Shown: one piece after another, positions 19,060 through 27,913 of the stretch
Numbering within the stretch: the stretch's first letter is position 1
Layout: the number at the start of each line of letters is the position of its first letter
Source of the DNA: Akkermansiaceae bacterium UBA2367
GTDB taxonomy: Bacteria > Verrucomicrobiota > Verrucomicrobiia > Verrucomicrobiales > DEV007
Reading direction: 5' to 3'
Assembly (NCBI GenBank): GCA_002344525.1
Contig: DDTJ01000073.1
Location: forward strand, 3,102-67,101
DNA: 64,000 nucleotides
Notes under the pieces: generated by a model
Told to the model about the DNA's origin: nothing
Database searches by the model: none
Seen by the model: only the letters and a program-made list of their open reading frames with translations
Made by a program: the position numbers and the translations under genes

Positions 19060-19854
19060 ATGCAAGTTCCCAAAGAAAACCGCTACCAAGCCCTCTTGGA
19101 GAAAATCTTCTTCGACCGCTTTTCGCAAGGCGACGAAGAAGTCGTCTTCGCCCGCGAGGACATCGAGGCGGCGGCGGAAACCCTCGGCATCCGGCTGCCC
19201 AAGAACCTCGGGGACGTGATCTATTCGGTGCGCTACCGGACCGCCTTGCCCGAGTCCATCCTCAAAGAGCAGAGCGGAGGCAGGGAATGGGGCATCGAGG
19301 GCGTCGGACGGGCGCGATACGCCTTCCGCCTCCGCAAGGTCAACCGGATCGTCCCGAATCCCGCCCTGCTGGCGATCAAGATTCCCGACGCGACTCCCCA
19401 GGTGATCGCCGCCAACGCCCTCTCGGACGAGCAGGCGCTTCTGGCGAAAGTGCGCTACAACCGCCTCATCGACCTTTTCCTCGGACTGACCTGCTACTCG
19501 CTCCAGAACCACCTCCGCACCACGGTGAAATCGATCGGGCAGATCGAGATAGACGAGCTGTATGTGGGACTCAACCGGAAGGGCGCTCAGTTCATCATCC
19601 CCGTGCAGGCCAAAGGCGGGAGCGACCGCCTCGGCATCGTCCAGACCGCGCAGGACATCCAATGCTGCGCCGAGAAGTTCCCCGATCTCGTCTGCCGCGC
19701 GATCTCGACGCAGTTCATCTCGGACGACCTCATCGCCCTGTTCGAACTCGCCATCGACGGAGACGACTTGAAAGTGGTCGAAGAGCGGCACTACCTCCTC
19801 GTGTCGGCCAACGCAATCAGCGGGGAGGAGCTACGGCGCTACGCGAACAGTTGA
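19060..19854 (+). CDS. Putative type II restriction endonuclease (PD-(D/E)xK fold)
   Basis: 6 bp after the methyltransferase; IEIDELYVG...IIPVQAKGG resembles D...QxK catalytic motif. Confidence 0.65.
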   Translation: MQVPKENRYQALLEKIFFDRFSQGDEEVVFAREDIEAAAETLGIRLPKNLGDVIYSVRYRTALPESILKEQSGGREWGIEGVGRARYAFRLRKVNRIVPNPALLAIKIPDATPQVIAANALSDEQALLAKVRYNRLIDLFLGLTCYSLQNHLRTTVKSIGQIEIDELYVGLNRKGAQFIIPVQAKGGSDRLGIVQTAQDIQCCAEKFPDLVCRAISTQFISDDLIALFELAIDGDDLKVVEERHYLLVSANAISGEELRRYANS

Positions 19855-20020
19855 CCTGCGTTTCCCGCCAAGTCTTGCGACCGCAGCCCGAAGCCGATTC
19901 GGCTTGTCTCTACAATCCTCCGCAAACCGAGTCCCACGCGGGATCCTTTCCGTGAAATCCCATAAATAACCTTGTCGTTTCGACAGGGCGCCCGCTACAA
20001 TCCCCTCCGAAACTCCTGCC

Positions 20021-21004
20021 ATGAACAAACCCATCCTCCTCGCCGCCACGGCCACCCTCGCCACCGCCTGCCTCCTCGTCGCGCAGAACCCTGCCCCCGA
20101 GAAACCCAAGACTTGGGAGGAGAAGGCCGCCGAACGCTTCGGAGCGAACCCCACCGACGAGCACAAGGCCCAGATCGAGGCGAACCTGCCCGCGGCCACG
20201 GCTCAGCCGAAGTCGCCGCGCAAGATCCTCGTCTTCTACCGCTGCGAAGGCTTCATCCACACCTCCATCCCCTTCGCCAACCACGCCCTCGGGAAGATCG
20301 CGGAGACCACCGGCGCTTACGCTGCCGACTTCTCCGACCAATACGCCGTTTTCACGAAGGAGAATCTCGCCCAATACGGCGTCATCGTCTTCAACAACAC
20401 CACCGCCCTCGACCCCGACGAAGCGCAGCGCGCCGCCATCCTCGACTTCATCCACGGGGGCAAAGGCATCGTCGGCCTCCACGCCGCCGCCGACAATTTC
20501 AACAAGTGGGAGGAGGGCGTCGCCCTCATCGGCGGCATCTTCAACGGCCACCCCTGGAACGCCGGAGGCACCTGGGCCTTCAAGGTCGAGGATCCCGGCC
20601 ACCCGCTCAACGCCGCCTTCGGGGGCAAGGGCTTCTGGCATAAGGACGAGATTTACTGGTACAAGCCCGAGAGCTTCCAAGGCCGCGAGAAACTGCGCGT
20701 CCTCCTCAGCCTCGATTTCTCCAAGGCCGAGACCCGCAAGCCCATCGAGAACGAGAAGGAGTCTCCCAAGCTCCTCGGCAAAGCCCCCGCCGACGTGGAC
20801 GTGCCCGTCTCCTGGTGCCGCGAGGTCGGGCAGGGCCGCCTCTTCTTCACCAACCTCGGCCACAACGACCTCACCTTCGCGAACCGCGCCGCCCTCCAGC
20901 ACATGCTCGATGGCATCCAATATGCTCTCACGGATCTCGACGCCGACGCCACGCCCTCCGGCAGCGTGAAAGTGGAGGTCGCGACCGCGCCGGAACAGCC
21001 CTGA
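20021..21004 (+). CDS. Secreted ThuA (trehalose utilisation/GATase-like) domain protein
   Basis: Signal peptide; GFIHTSIP, GIVGLHAAAD, DEIY, PVSW, GRLFFTNLGH. Confidence 0.85.
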   Translation: MNKPILLAATATLATACLLVAQNPAPEKPKTWEEKAAERFGANPTDEHKAQIEANLPAATAQPKSPRKILVFYRCEGFIHTSIPFANHALGKIAETTGAYAADFSDQYAVFTKENLAQYGVIVFNNTTALDPDEAQRAAILDFIHGGKGIVGLHAAADNFNKWEEGVALIGGIFNGHPWNAGGTWAFKVEDPGHPLNAAFGGKGFWHKDEIYWYKPESFQGREKLRVLLSLDFSKAETRKPIENEKESPKLLGKAPADVDVPVSWCREVGQGRLFFTNLGHNDLTFANRAALQHMLDGIQYALTDLDADATPSGSVKVEVATAPEQP

Positions 21005-21066
21005 CTGGACCCTGTCGAACTGTCGACGCAACCCTCTTTGATCACCGAAGTCCCCGCGCCAAGGAA

Positions 21067-21528
21067 ATGAATCGAGCCTTTTCCCACATTCCCGTTGGAA
21101 TGCTGGGCTTTTCGTTCCTCCTCCAAGGCTGCGCGGACCGGGAACCGTCCAGCCAGCCTCAGGAGGAAGCAACGGCTGAATCGATCCGTACCGGGCAGGA
21201 AATCACCGAAGCGGCGGCATCCGCCGTCAATCGTGAGCTTCGATGGAATCACCACACCACTGGGAGAGGTGAATTGGTTCGTCTCTTCCGGCCCTCTTTT
21301 CCACCGGATGAACGACGTGATTTCGTCACCGAAGGCGAGGGTAGACGCCTTCATATTGCCGTCGTGCGATACGGCCCGTCTTTCAAAGCGTTCGCCATCG
21401 ACAGGAAAAATGGATCGGTCGATTCGGATTTTTCCGGAGATTCGTTTGAGGAATGCCTCGCAATGGTAAGAAAGCGGTTCGAATTCACAGGGGAGTTCAA
21501 GAGATCTGAGGATTGCGCATGGCCATGA
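21067..21528 (+). CDS. Hypothetical putative lipoprotein
   Basis: MNRAFSHIPVGMLGFSFLLQGC lipobox-like; fills the gap between ThuA gene and hisN; visibly more A/T-rich. Confidence 0.5.
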   Translation: MNRAFSHIPVGMLGFSFLLQGCADREPSSQPQEEATAESIRTGQEITEAAASAVNRELRWNHHTTGRGELVRLFRPSFPPDERRDFVTEGEGRRLHIAVVRYGPSFKAFAIDRKNGSVDSDFSGDSFEECLAMVRKRFEFTGEFKRSEDCAWP

Positions 21529-21581
21529 CCATTTCCAATCCGATCGCCTGAACTCCGATCCCATTTCATCGTATCCTGACA

Positions 21582-22352
21582 ATGCTCCAAGACTACCTCC
21601 GATTCGCCGAGAACACCGCCCGCGAGGCCGGGGCTTTGACCTTGGAGTATTTCCTCACCGACGCGGCGCGGCCCGAGTTCAAGGCCGACGACACGCCCGT
21701 GACTGTGGCCGACCGGCGGGCCGAGGAGCTGATCCGCCGCCACATCGAGGAAACCTTTCCCGACCACGAGATCGTGGGCGAGGAGTTCGGCGCGTCGTCG
21801 GGCGGGTCGGAGTTCCGCTGGATCATCGACCCGATCGACGGAACGAAGTCCTTCACCCACGGCGTGCCGCTCTACGGCGTTCTCCTCGCCTTGGAGATCG
21901 AGGGGAAAGTCGAGGTCGGCTGCGCCCACTTCCCCGCCCTGAACGAAACGATCTCCGCCGCGACCGGGCACGGGGCTTGGTGGAACGGCAAGCCCGCCCG
22001 CGTCTCGGAGGTCTCCGACCTGAGCCGCGCGGTCTGCGCCCACATCGACACGGCTTATTTCGGGAAGAACGGCAAGGGCGAGCCGTGGAAGCGTTTGCAA
22101 CAAGCGGTCTACTACAACGCCGGCTGGTGCGACGCCTACGGCTACCTCCTCGTCGCGACGGGACGGGCCGAGATCATGGTCGACCCGGTCATGGCGGTGT
22201 GGGATTGCGGGCCCTTCCCGCCGATCTTGCGGGAAGCGGGAGGATATTTCGGGGACTGGTCCGGCAACGAGGGCCGCATCGACGGCGGCGAAGCCCTCGC
22301 GACGAACGCGGCGCTGCGGGATCAAGTGGTGGGCTTGTTGAAGGGAGCCTGA
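21582..22352 (+). CDS. hisN: Histidinol-phosphatase (inositol monophosphatase family)
   Basis: KADDTPVTVADR, GEEFG, WIIDPIDGTKSF, WDCGPF. Confidence 0.85.
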   Translation: MLQDYLRFAENTAREAGALTLEYFLTDAARPEFKADDTPVTVADRRAEELIRRHIEETFPDHEIVGEEFGASSGGSEFRWIIDPIDGTKSFTHGVPLYGVLLALEIEGKVEVGCAHFPALNETISAATGHGAWWNGKPARVSEVSDLSRAVCAHIDTAYFGKNGKGEPWKRLQQAVYYNAGWCDAYGYLLVATGRAEIMVDPVMAVWDCGPFPPILREAGGYFGDWSGNEGRIDGGEALATNAALRDQVVGLLKGA

Positions 22353-22366
22353 AAAGCGTTGGCGAC

Positions 22367-23248
22367 ATGGACACGAACGCACGCAAAGGGACGGCAACCC
22401 CGCTTCGCGCCTCTTTCCACCTCTCCCTGCTCCTCGCCATCTTCCCTGCCGTCGCAGCCGAGCCTCCTGAAAACTTCCGCCGAGAGAATCTCGTCGCTTG
22501 GTGCGTCGCCCCTTTCGACGCGAAAAAGCGCACCCCGCACGATCGGGCCGCGATGCTGTCCCGCCTCGGCCTGAAGCGTGTCGCCTACGACTGGCGCGAG
22601 GAGCATGTGCCCGAGTTCGAGATCGAGTTCCTCGCCTACCGCGAGCACGGCATCGAGCTCTTCGCCTTCTGGAAGAACCATCCCGAGGCCAAGGCGATCT
22701 TCGAACAGCTCGATCTGAAACCCCAAATCTGGGTGCCCCTGCAAACCGGGAAAGGACTCTCGAACCAGGAGAAGGTCGCCAACGCGGTCGAGTCCCTCGT
22801 TCCCCTCGCCCGCGAGACGGCGGAGCGGGGCTTCGCCCTCGGGCTCTACAACCAGGGCGGCTGGGGCGGACTGCCCGACAATCTCGCGGCGGTGAGCGCG
22901 GGGCTGCGCGAGAGGGGGTTCGAGCAGGTCGGCATCGCCTACACCTTCCACAACGCCCATCCCCGCATCGGCACTTTCGCCGACGATCTGAGGAAGATGC
23001 GGCCCCATCTCCTCTGCGTCTCCCTCAACGGCATGGCCGACCCGGCGAAGAGCGACATTTCGAAAAGCGAGAATCGCATCAAGCCTCTTGGCACCGGCGA
23101 GCACGAGGCGGCGATGATCGCCGAGCTCATCGAGCAAGGCTACGACGGACCCGTCGCCATCCTCGGCCATGTCGCGACCCGCGATGCCGAGGAGGTGCTG
23201 CGGGAGAATATCGAGGGGCTGGAGAGGATTGTTGGGGGTCTTCCTTGA
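22367..23248 (+). CDS. Sugar phosphate isomerase/epimerase-like TIM barrel, secreted
   Basis: AWCVAPFDAKKRTP, LYNQGGWGG, LCVSLNGM, GYDGPVAILGH. Confidence 0.7.
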   Translation: MDTNARKGTATPLRASFHLSLLLAIFPAVAAEPPENFRRENLVAWCVAPFDAKKRTPHDRAAMLSRLGLKRVAYDWREEHVPEFEIEFLAYREHGIELFAFWKNHPEAKAIFEQLDLKPQIWVPLQTGKGLSNQEKVANAVESLVPLARETAERGFALGLYNQGGWGGLPDNLAAVSAGLRERGFEQVGIAYTFHNAHPRIGTFADDLRKMRPHLLCVSLNGMADPAKSDISKSENRIKPLGTGEHEAAMIAELIEQGYDGPVAILGHVATRDAEEVLRENIEGLERIVGGLP

Positions 23249-23252
23249 TTCC

Positions 23253-23346
23253 ACTCCTTACTCCTTACTCCTTACTCTTACCTCTTACTCCTCGTCGTTG
23301 GCCAACCGTTCTTCGGGGAGTAAGAGGTAAGAGTAAGGAGTAGGAG
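23253..23346. repeat. TACTCCT/TACTCT tandem-repeat inverted-arm hairpin
   Basis: 26-bp perfect inverted repeat 23266-23291 / 23317-23342 with 25-nt loop, built of ACTCCTT/ACTCTT units. Confidence 0.92.
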
Positions 23347-24268
23347 ATAAAGTCGAAAGAAACCCCTCAACCTCCCCGAGCGTCGGGAGGAATCCCCTGC
23401 CCCCCAACCCGGTCGCCGCCATCGCCGCGGCGGCCGAGGCACGACGGGCGCAGACCGACAACGGCTCCCCCCGGACGACCTCCGCGAGAAAAGCCCCGTG
23501 GAACACATCGCCGCATCCCGTGGTATCGACGACGCGAGGAACGGCGAAGGCGGGTTGATGGAAGCTCGTCCCATCGCTCACGAGGAACCAACTGCCGCGC
23601 TCTCCATCGGTGATGCCCGCCAGTTTCACCCCCCGTCGCGCGAGACGCCGTAGTTGCTCCTCGCGCTCCCCCGCCCCGACGGCGCGGTCCGCGAAGTCGG
23701 CGGCGACGATGAGCAGATCAACGAGGGGGAGCAGCTCCTCGAACTTCGGATCATAGCGATGCGCCCCGCCGTCGAAGGAGACGAGCCCGCCCGCCTCCCG
23801 AACGATCCGCGCCGCCGCGAGGCAGGCGGGCCAGTGGCGTCCGTTGAGGTGGAGGACGCGGCAGCGCCGCAGGAGATCGAGCGGCAACTCCTCCTCGGCG
23901 AGCGGGGTGGCATCGCCTTCGTCGTAGATCAGGTGGCGCTCCCCGTCGGACCTCCGCACCAGCACGGTGCCCAGCGTGCTGCGGCGACCCGCCTCGTGGA
24001 GGAGGTGGCCGACGAACACACCGAAGCGCTCGTAGTCCGCGCGGAGAAGGTGCCCCCGCCAGTCGTCGCCGACGCGGTCGAGGAGCGCGGTTTCCGCCCC
24101 AAGCCGGGCGGCGGCGCAGAGGGCCGTGGGCACCGGACCGCCGCCCATCGTCGCGGACTCAAGGACGCGGGTGACGCCGCCCTGCGCGGGAAAGGAATCC
24201 ACGACTTGGACGCAATCGAGCACGGACATGCCGAACCCGACGATCCCTGGCGCCGGCTCCCGGGGCAT
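23285..24268 (-). CDS. PfkB/ribokinase family carbohydrate kinase
   Basis: GGGPVPTALCAAARLG, VSFDGG, VVDTTGCGDVFHG; start overlaps upstream stop (TGATG). Confidence 0.9.
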   Translation of the reverse strand: MPREPAPGIVGFGMSVLDCVQVVDSFPAQGGVTRVLESATMGGGPVPTALCAAARLGAETALLDRVGDDWRGHLLRADYERFGVFVGHLLHEAGRRSTLGTVLVRRSDGERHLIYDEGDATPLAEEELPLDLLRRCRVLHLNGRHWPACLAAARIVREAGGLVSFDGGAHRYDPKFEELLPLVDLLIVAADFADRAVGAGEREEQLRRLARRGVKLAGITDGERGSWFLVSDGTSFHQPAFAVPRVVDTTGCGDVFHGAFLAEVVRGEPLSVCARRASAAAAMAATGLGGRGFLPTLGEVEGFLSTLSPTPYSYLLLPEERLANDEE

Positions 24269-25002
24269 CAGTGGCTGTGGCCCTTCAGCCACGAGACGAC
24301 GGCGTCGGTCATTTGGACGAGGCCGTCGCCGCTGTAGACGTGGTCCACGCCGGGAAGGATGACGATCTCCTTCGGCTCGTAGGCGCTCGCGTAGATCTCC
24401 TGCCCCTCCTCGACGGGCACGACGTCGTCGGCATCGCCGTGGACGATAAGCCAAGGCACCTCGATCTTCTCGGTCTTGGAAAGGACGTTGCCGATCTTGG
24501 TGAGGTCGTCGGCGAAGGCTTGGGAGAGGGGGCAGTCCTTGTCGTCCCACATGCAGCCCTTGCCGGGCTTCTGGTCGCCGAACTCGCGTTCGAGGAACTG
24601 CTTGGTGTGGACCATGCCGGAGAGGGAGACGAGCAGTTCGATGCGCTCGTCCTTCGCCGTGGCGAGCACCCCGACGGCAGCGCCCATGCTGTGGCCGATG
24701 TAGCAGACGCGGTGGTAGCCCTCTTCCTCCGCCGCGTCGACGATGGTCTTGAGATCCTTCACCTCCTTCGTGATGGTGCTGTCCTCGAACTTGCCGCCCG
24801 ACTTGCCGTTGCCGGAGAAGGAGAAGCGCAGAGCGTTGAAGCCCGCCTTCTCCAGCGCCTCGGCGAGGCCGACAGCCCAAGGGCGGTCCTTGTTTCCGGT
24901 GACCCCGTGGCCGATGATGGCGAGGAGGGAGGTGTCGGAAGGATCTCCGTGGAACTCGTAGTCGAGGGTTTCCTTGGAGGAATTGAGGATTTCGAGATGC
25001 AT
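24268..25002 (-). CDS. Alpha/beta hydrolase
   Basis: HGVTGNK, FSFSGNGKSGG, GHSMG, VHGDADDVVP, GVDH. Confidence 0.9.
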   Translation of the reverse strand: MHLEILNSSKETLDYEFHGDPSDTSLLAIIGHGVTGNKDRPWAVGLAEALEKAGFNALRFSFSGNGKSGGKFEDSTITKEVKDLKTIVDAAEEEGYHRVCYIGHSMGAAVGVLATAKDERIELLVSLSGMVHTKQFLEREFGDQKPGKGCMWDDKDCPLSQAFADDLTKIGNVLSKTEKIEVPWLIVHGDADDVVPVEEGQEIYASAYEPKEIVILPGVDHVYSGDGLVQMTDAVVSWLKGHSH

Positions 25003-25060
25003 GCGGTTCAGGCGGACGGTTGTCGCGATAATTTGCGAGGGCGATCCGAATTGTCTAAGC

Positions 25061-25105
25061 GAAAAAAACGGAAAAAGACGCCGGGCGCTCTTTTCTTGGC
25101 CACCC
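25061..25105 (-). terminator. Possible intrinsic terminator after Dabb gene
   Basis: Imperfect GC hairpin with AAAAG/CTTTT flanks followed by a T-run on the minus strand. Confidence 0.35.
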
Positions 25106-25115
25106 GTCCGGGGAC

Positions 25116-25418
25116 TCAGAATTGGGTGTCAAAGACCCGGACCTCGCGGAACCACGGGGAGAAGGACTCCACAAAGACGCCGTGCTCCGGATGGACTTGG
25201 TAGGCGTCGTGCTGCGCGACGGAGTCGAACTCAAGGACGAGCGCGTAGTCGAAGGTGTTTTGCGTGACGGGACGGACCGGGGTCGCCGCGGCCTTGCCGA
25301 AAGAGCCCGCCGCGACCACGTCGATGCGGAAGAGGGCGCGGAGGCCCTCCTCGAAGGAGGCTTTTTGTTCGTCGGTGAGGGCGGGATCGAGCCAGAAGTA
25401 GACGCTGTGTCGGACCAT
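25116..25418 (-). CDS. Dabb (stress-responsive A/B barrel) protein
   Basis: MVRHSVYFWL...FDYALVLEFDSVAQHDAYQVHPEH. Confidence 0.88.
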   Translation of the reverse strand: MVRHSVYFWLDPALTDEQKASFEEGLRALFRIDVVAAGSFGKAAATPVRPVTQNTFDYALVLEFDSVAQHDAYQVHPEHGVFVESFSPWFREVRVFDTQF

Positions 25419-25463
25419 GGCGCGGAGATTAGGCGAAGTGCCGCGCCGAATCAACACAATCTG

Positions 25464-25620
25464 GAAATCCGAAGCCCGAAATCCGGACGCTGAACCGCTA
25501 CGCGGGACCGCTGATTGGCGCTGATCCGCGCTGATTTTTTTCCAAGCCCAGAAAAATCAGCGGCAATCAGCGAAGATCATCGGTCGCCGGAGGCCATTCG
25601 GATTTCGGGTTTCGGATTTT
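25464..25620. repeat. Nested hairpin: heptamer outer arms enclosing decamer inner arms
   Basis: Outer 25464-25485 / 25599-25620 (20/22 complementary, TTCGGAT family); inner CGCTGATnnn x3 (25509-25538) versus AATCAGCG-type units (25552-25582). Confidence 0.88.
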
Positions 25621-26797
25621 ACTCCGCCACGAGCGCCTTCGTCGCGTTGTGCAGCATCACTTGGATGTGCGGGGTGTAGAGGTCGGGTTCGAGGAGGAAG
25701 GAGTCGTGCCCCTTCTCCGAATGCACCGTGAAGTAGAGGTGCGGCACCGAGGCGCCCTTGAGATGCTCGACGAGGGCGGCCTGCTCCTCGGGGTAGAAAC
25801 AGTAGTCCTCGTCGATGCTGAAGACGAGATACTGGTGCCCCGCCTCGCGGGAGCGTCCGAAAAGGTCGGCCGCGTCCCTCGCGCCGCCTTCGCCCACGGG
25901 GTCGTAGCGGCTCCATGCCTCGCAGATGCGCAGGTAGGTGTTCGCGTCGAAGCGGTCGGTGAACTTCTTCCCCTGGTGCAGCATGTAGCTTTCGACGTGG
26001 TCGTGGGCCTGATACCAGGCGAAGCGGTCCCCCGGCTGGATCACGTCATGGCTTGCGCGGCGCTCGATCGCGTCGAGGTGGACGAAGGTCTTGTGGCTGA
26101 TCATCCGGGCGAGGGAAAGGCCCGTCTCCGGCGCGCCGCTCTCGTAGTAGTCCCCGGCGCGGAAGCTCGGGTCGTTCTCGATGGCGAGGATCTGCTCCAG
26201 GAGGATGATGCGGTTCAGCACCGTGGTCTTCACCCCCGAGGCGATGGAGATGACGAGGCGGGTGCGCTCCGGGTAGGTCGTCGCGAAGGTGGTCGCGCCG
26301 AGCCCGCCCGTCGACGGCCCGACCACCGCGAGGAGTCGCTCGATCCCGAGCCGGTCGAGGAGCATGGCCTGGCTGCGCACGATGTCGGAGACGGAGACGT
26401 GGGGAAAGGAGGAGGCGTAGCGTTTTCCCGTGGCCGGGTTCATGCTCGACGGGCCGGTCGAGCCGTAGCAGCCGCCGAGGTAGTTCGCGCAGATGACATG
26501 GTAGCGGGTCGTGTCGAGAGCCTTGCCGGGACCGATGAAAGGATCCCACCAGCCCGGCACGCATTCCTGCGTCCAGAACTCGTTCTCCTTGACCCAGCGG
26601 TTGGTCCCCGCGGCGTGCTGACTGCCCGAAAAGGCGTGGAAGAGCAGGATCGCGTTCGACCTGTCCTCGTTCAATTCGCCGTAGGTCTCGTAGGCGATCT
26701 CGACATGGTCGAGCGACTCGCCGCTGCGGAAGACGAAAGGCTCGTCCCGCGTCGCGAGGATTTCGAAGCGGGTTTCGACAGATCCTATCTCACTCAT
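25619..26797 (-). CDS. metX: Homoserine O-acyltransferase (MetX family)
   Basis: IAYETYGELN, LLFHAFSGSQH, NYLGGCYGSTGP, FDANTY, GHDSFL. Confidence 0.9.
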   Translation of the reverse strand: MSEIGSVETRFEILATRDEPFVFRSGESLDHVEIAYETYGELNEDRSNAILLFHAFSGSQHAAGTNRWVKENEFWTQECVPGWWDPFIGPGKALDTTRYHVICANYLGGCYGSTGPSSMNPATGKRYASSFPHVSVSDIVRSQAMLLDRLGIERLLAVVGPSTGGLGATTFATTYPERTRLVISIASGVKTTVLNRIILLEQILAIENDPSFRAGDYYESGAPETGLSLARMISHKTFVHLDAIERRASHDVIQPGDRFAWYQAHDHVESYMLHQGKKFTDRFDANTYLRICEAWSRYDPVGEGGARDAADLFGRSREAGHQYLVFSIDEDYCFYPEEQAALVEHLKGASVPHLYFTVHSEKGHDSFLLEPDLYTPHIQVMLHNATKALVAE

Positions 26798-26926
26798 CCA
26801 AGGCTTGGGGGTGGAAAGGCTAACCCACATCGGCGGGAACCGCCACCCTTTTGGGCGTCATACGCGCCCGCCTCTCGCGCGGCTTGCAATCCGGGGCGGC
26901 AAGGTGGATGAATACCCCTCCATCCC

Positions 26927-27913
26927 ATGAGCCGGAAGAACCCCGCCCCTCCGCCTTCCCACGCGAAAGGCCTTTTCGCCACCTTCCTCGTGCTCGGCGG
27001 TCTCGCCGCCGCCGCTTGGTTTCTCTACGATCCCTGGCTGAAGCCCTATGTGGAGAAGTTCACCGGGGGCACCTCCTCGAACGACAGCAGCCACGTGATC
27101 AAGAACCCGTCGGACGTCCCCCCGCCCCCGGTCGCGAAACCGAAAACGGAATCTGCGGGACCCTCGACGCCCGCTCCGGCGACGCCCGCCCCCCCAGCCC
27201 CGAAATCGGAATTGGAACTCCTCTTGGAGGCGAAATACCCCATGCCGGAAATCCCGCCGCTGACGGCCATCGTCGACGAATGGCGCAACGTCCCGCCGAA
27301 AGCCTATCCCGCCGAGGTGACGGCGAAGGAGGCCGTCGCCTTCCAGCTCGTGGTGAACGGACAGGCGGTCGGGTCGAGCAACGTCGCCCCCGGCACACCG
27401 TTGAAGCCAGTGCGCCTCGTGGGTGGGCGGCTCTTCGTCGCCTCGCCCGCCGACCCGTCGATGAGCGCCGAGATCGCCGTGGACCAGACCGATTTCAAAG
27501 AACGCATCGAGGCCCGCTACCGACAGTTCGTCGAGACGAAACGGCAGGAAGTCGAAACCAAACGCGCCCGCGCCCGCCAGATCCTCGCCGCCGATCCCGC
27601 GAAGCTCGACCTCCTCGTCGGCAAGGCGGCGCCTTCCGTCGGCAACGACGACGGCGGGGATCCCCGCGTCGCCCCGGTGAAGGCGAGCCTGAAGGCGGGC
27701 GAGGTCGCCAGCGCGACGTTCGAGGAGGCCCGCTCCTTCCACTGGAACGGTTCCGAGACGATCCGGGGCGAATACGCCGGGACCTACGACACGGTGACGG
27801 TGCGTTTCGAGATCGACACCATTTTCGGACGCTTTCCCGTGGAATACAAAGCCCTCCTCCGGGGCGGCCGGGTCCATGCTTGGATCGACCCGGTGACGGA
27901 GGACCGCATCTGA
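26927..27913 (+). CDS. Hypothetical single-TM protein with Pro-rich linker
   Basis: TM FATFLVLGGLAAAAWFLY; codon pattern like neighbours; stop abuts next start. Confidence 0.7.
   Translation: MSRKNPAPPPSHAKGLFATFLVLGGLAAAAWFLYDPWLKPYVEKFTGGTSSNDSSHVIKNPSDVPPPPVAKPKTESAGPSTPAPATPAPPAPKSELELLLEAKYPMPEIPPLTAIVDEWRNVPPKAYPAEVTAKEAVAFQLVVNGQAVGSSNVAPGTPLKPVRLVGGRLFVASPADPSMSAEIAVDQTDFKERIEARYRQFVETKRQEVETKRARARQILAADPAKLDLLVGKAAPSVGNDDGGDPRVAPVKASLKAGEVASATFEEARSFHWNGSETIRGEYAGTYDTVTVRFEIDTIFGRFPVEYKALLRGGRVHAWIDPVTEDRI

Noticed and set aside
17740-19854. DISARM class II or another multi-gene defence system
   Set aside because: Only two genes; no helicase, DUF1998 or PLD partners adjacent.
26798-26926. 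SAM/SAH riboswitch upstream of metX
   Set aside because: No recognisable SAM-I, SAM-II, SAM-IV or SAH core motifs in this short spacer.
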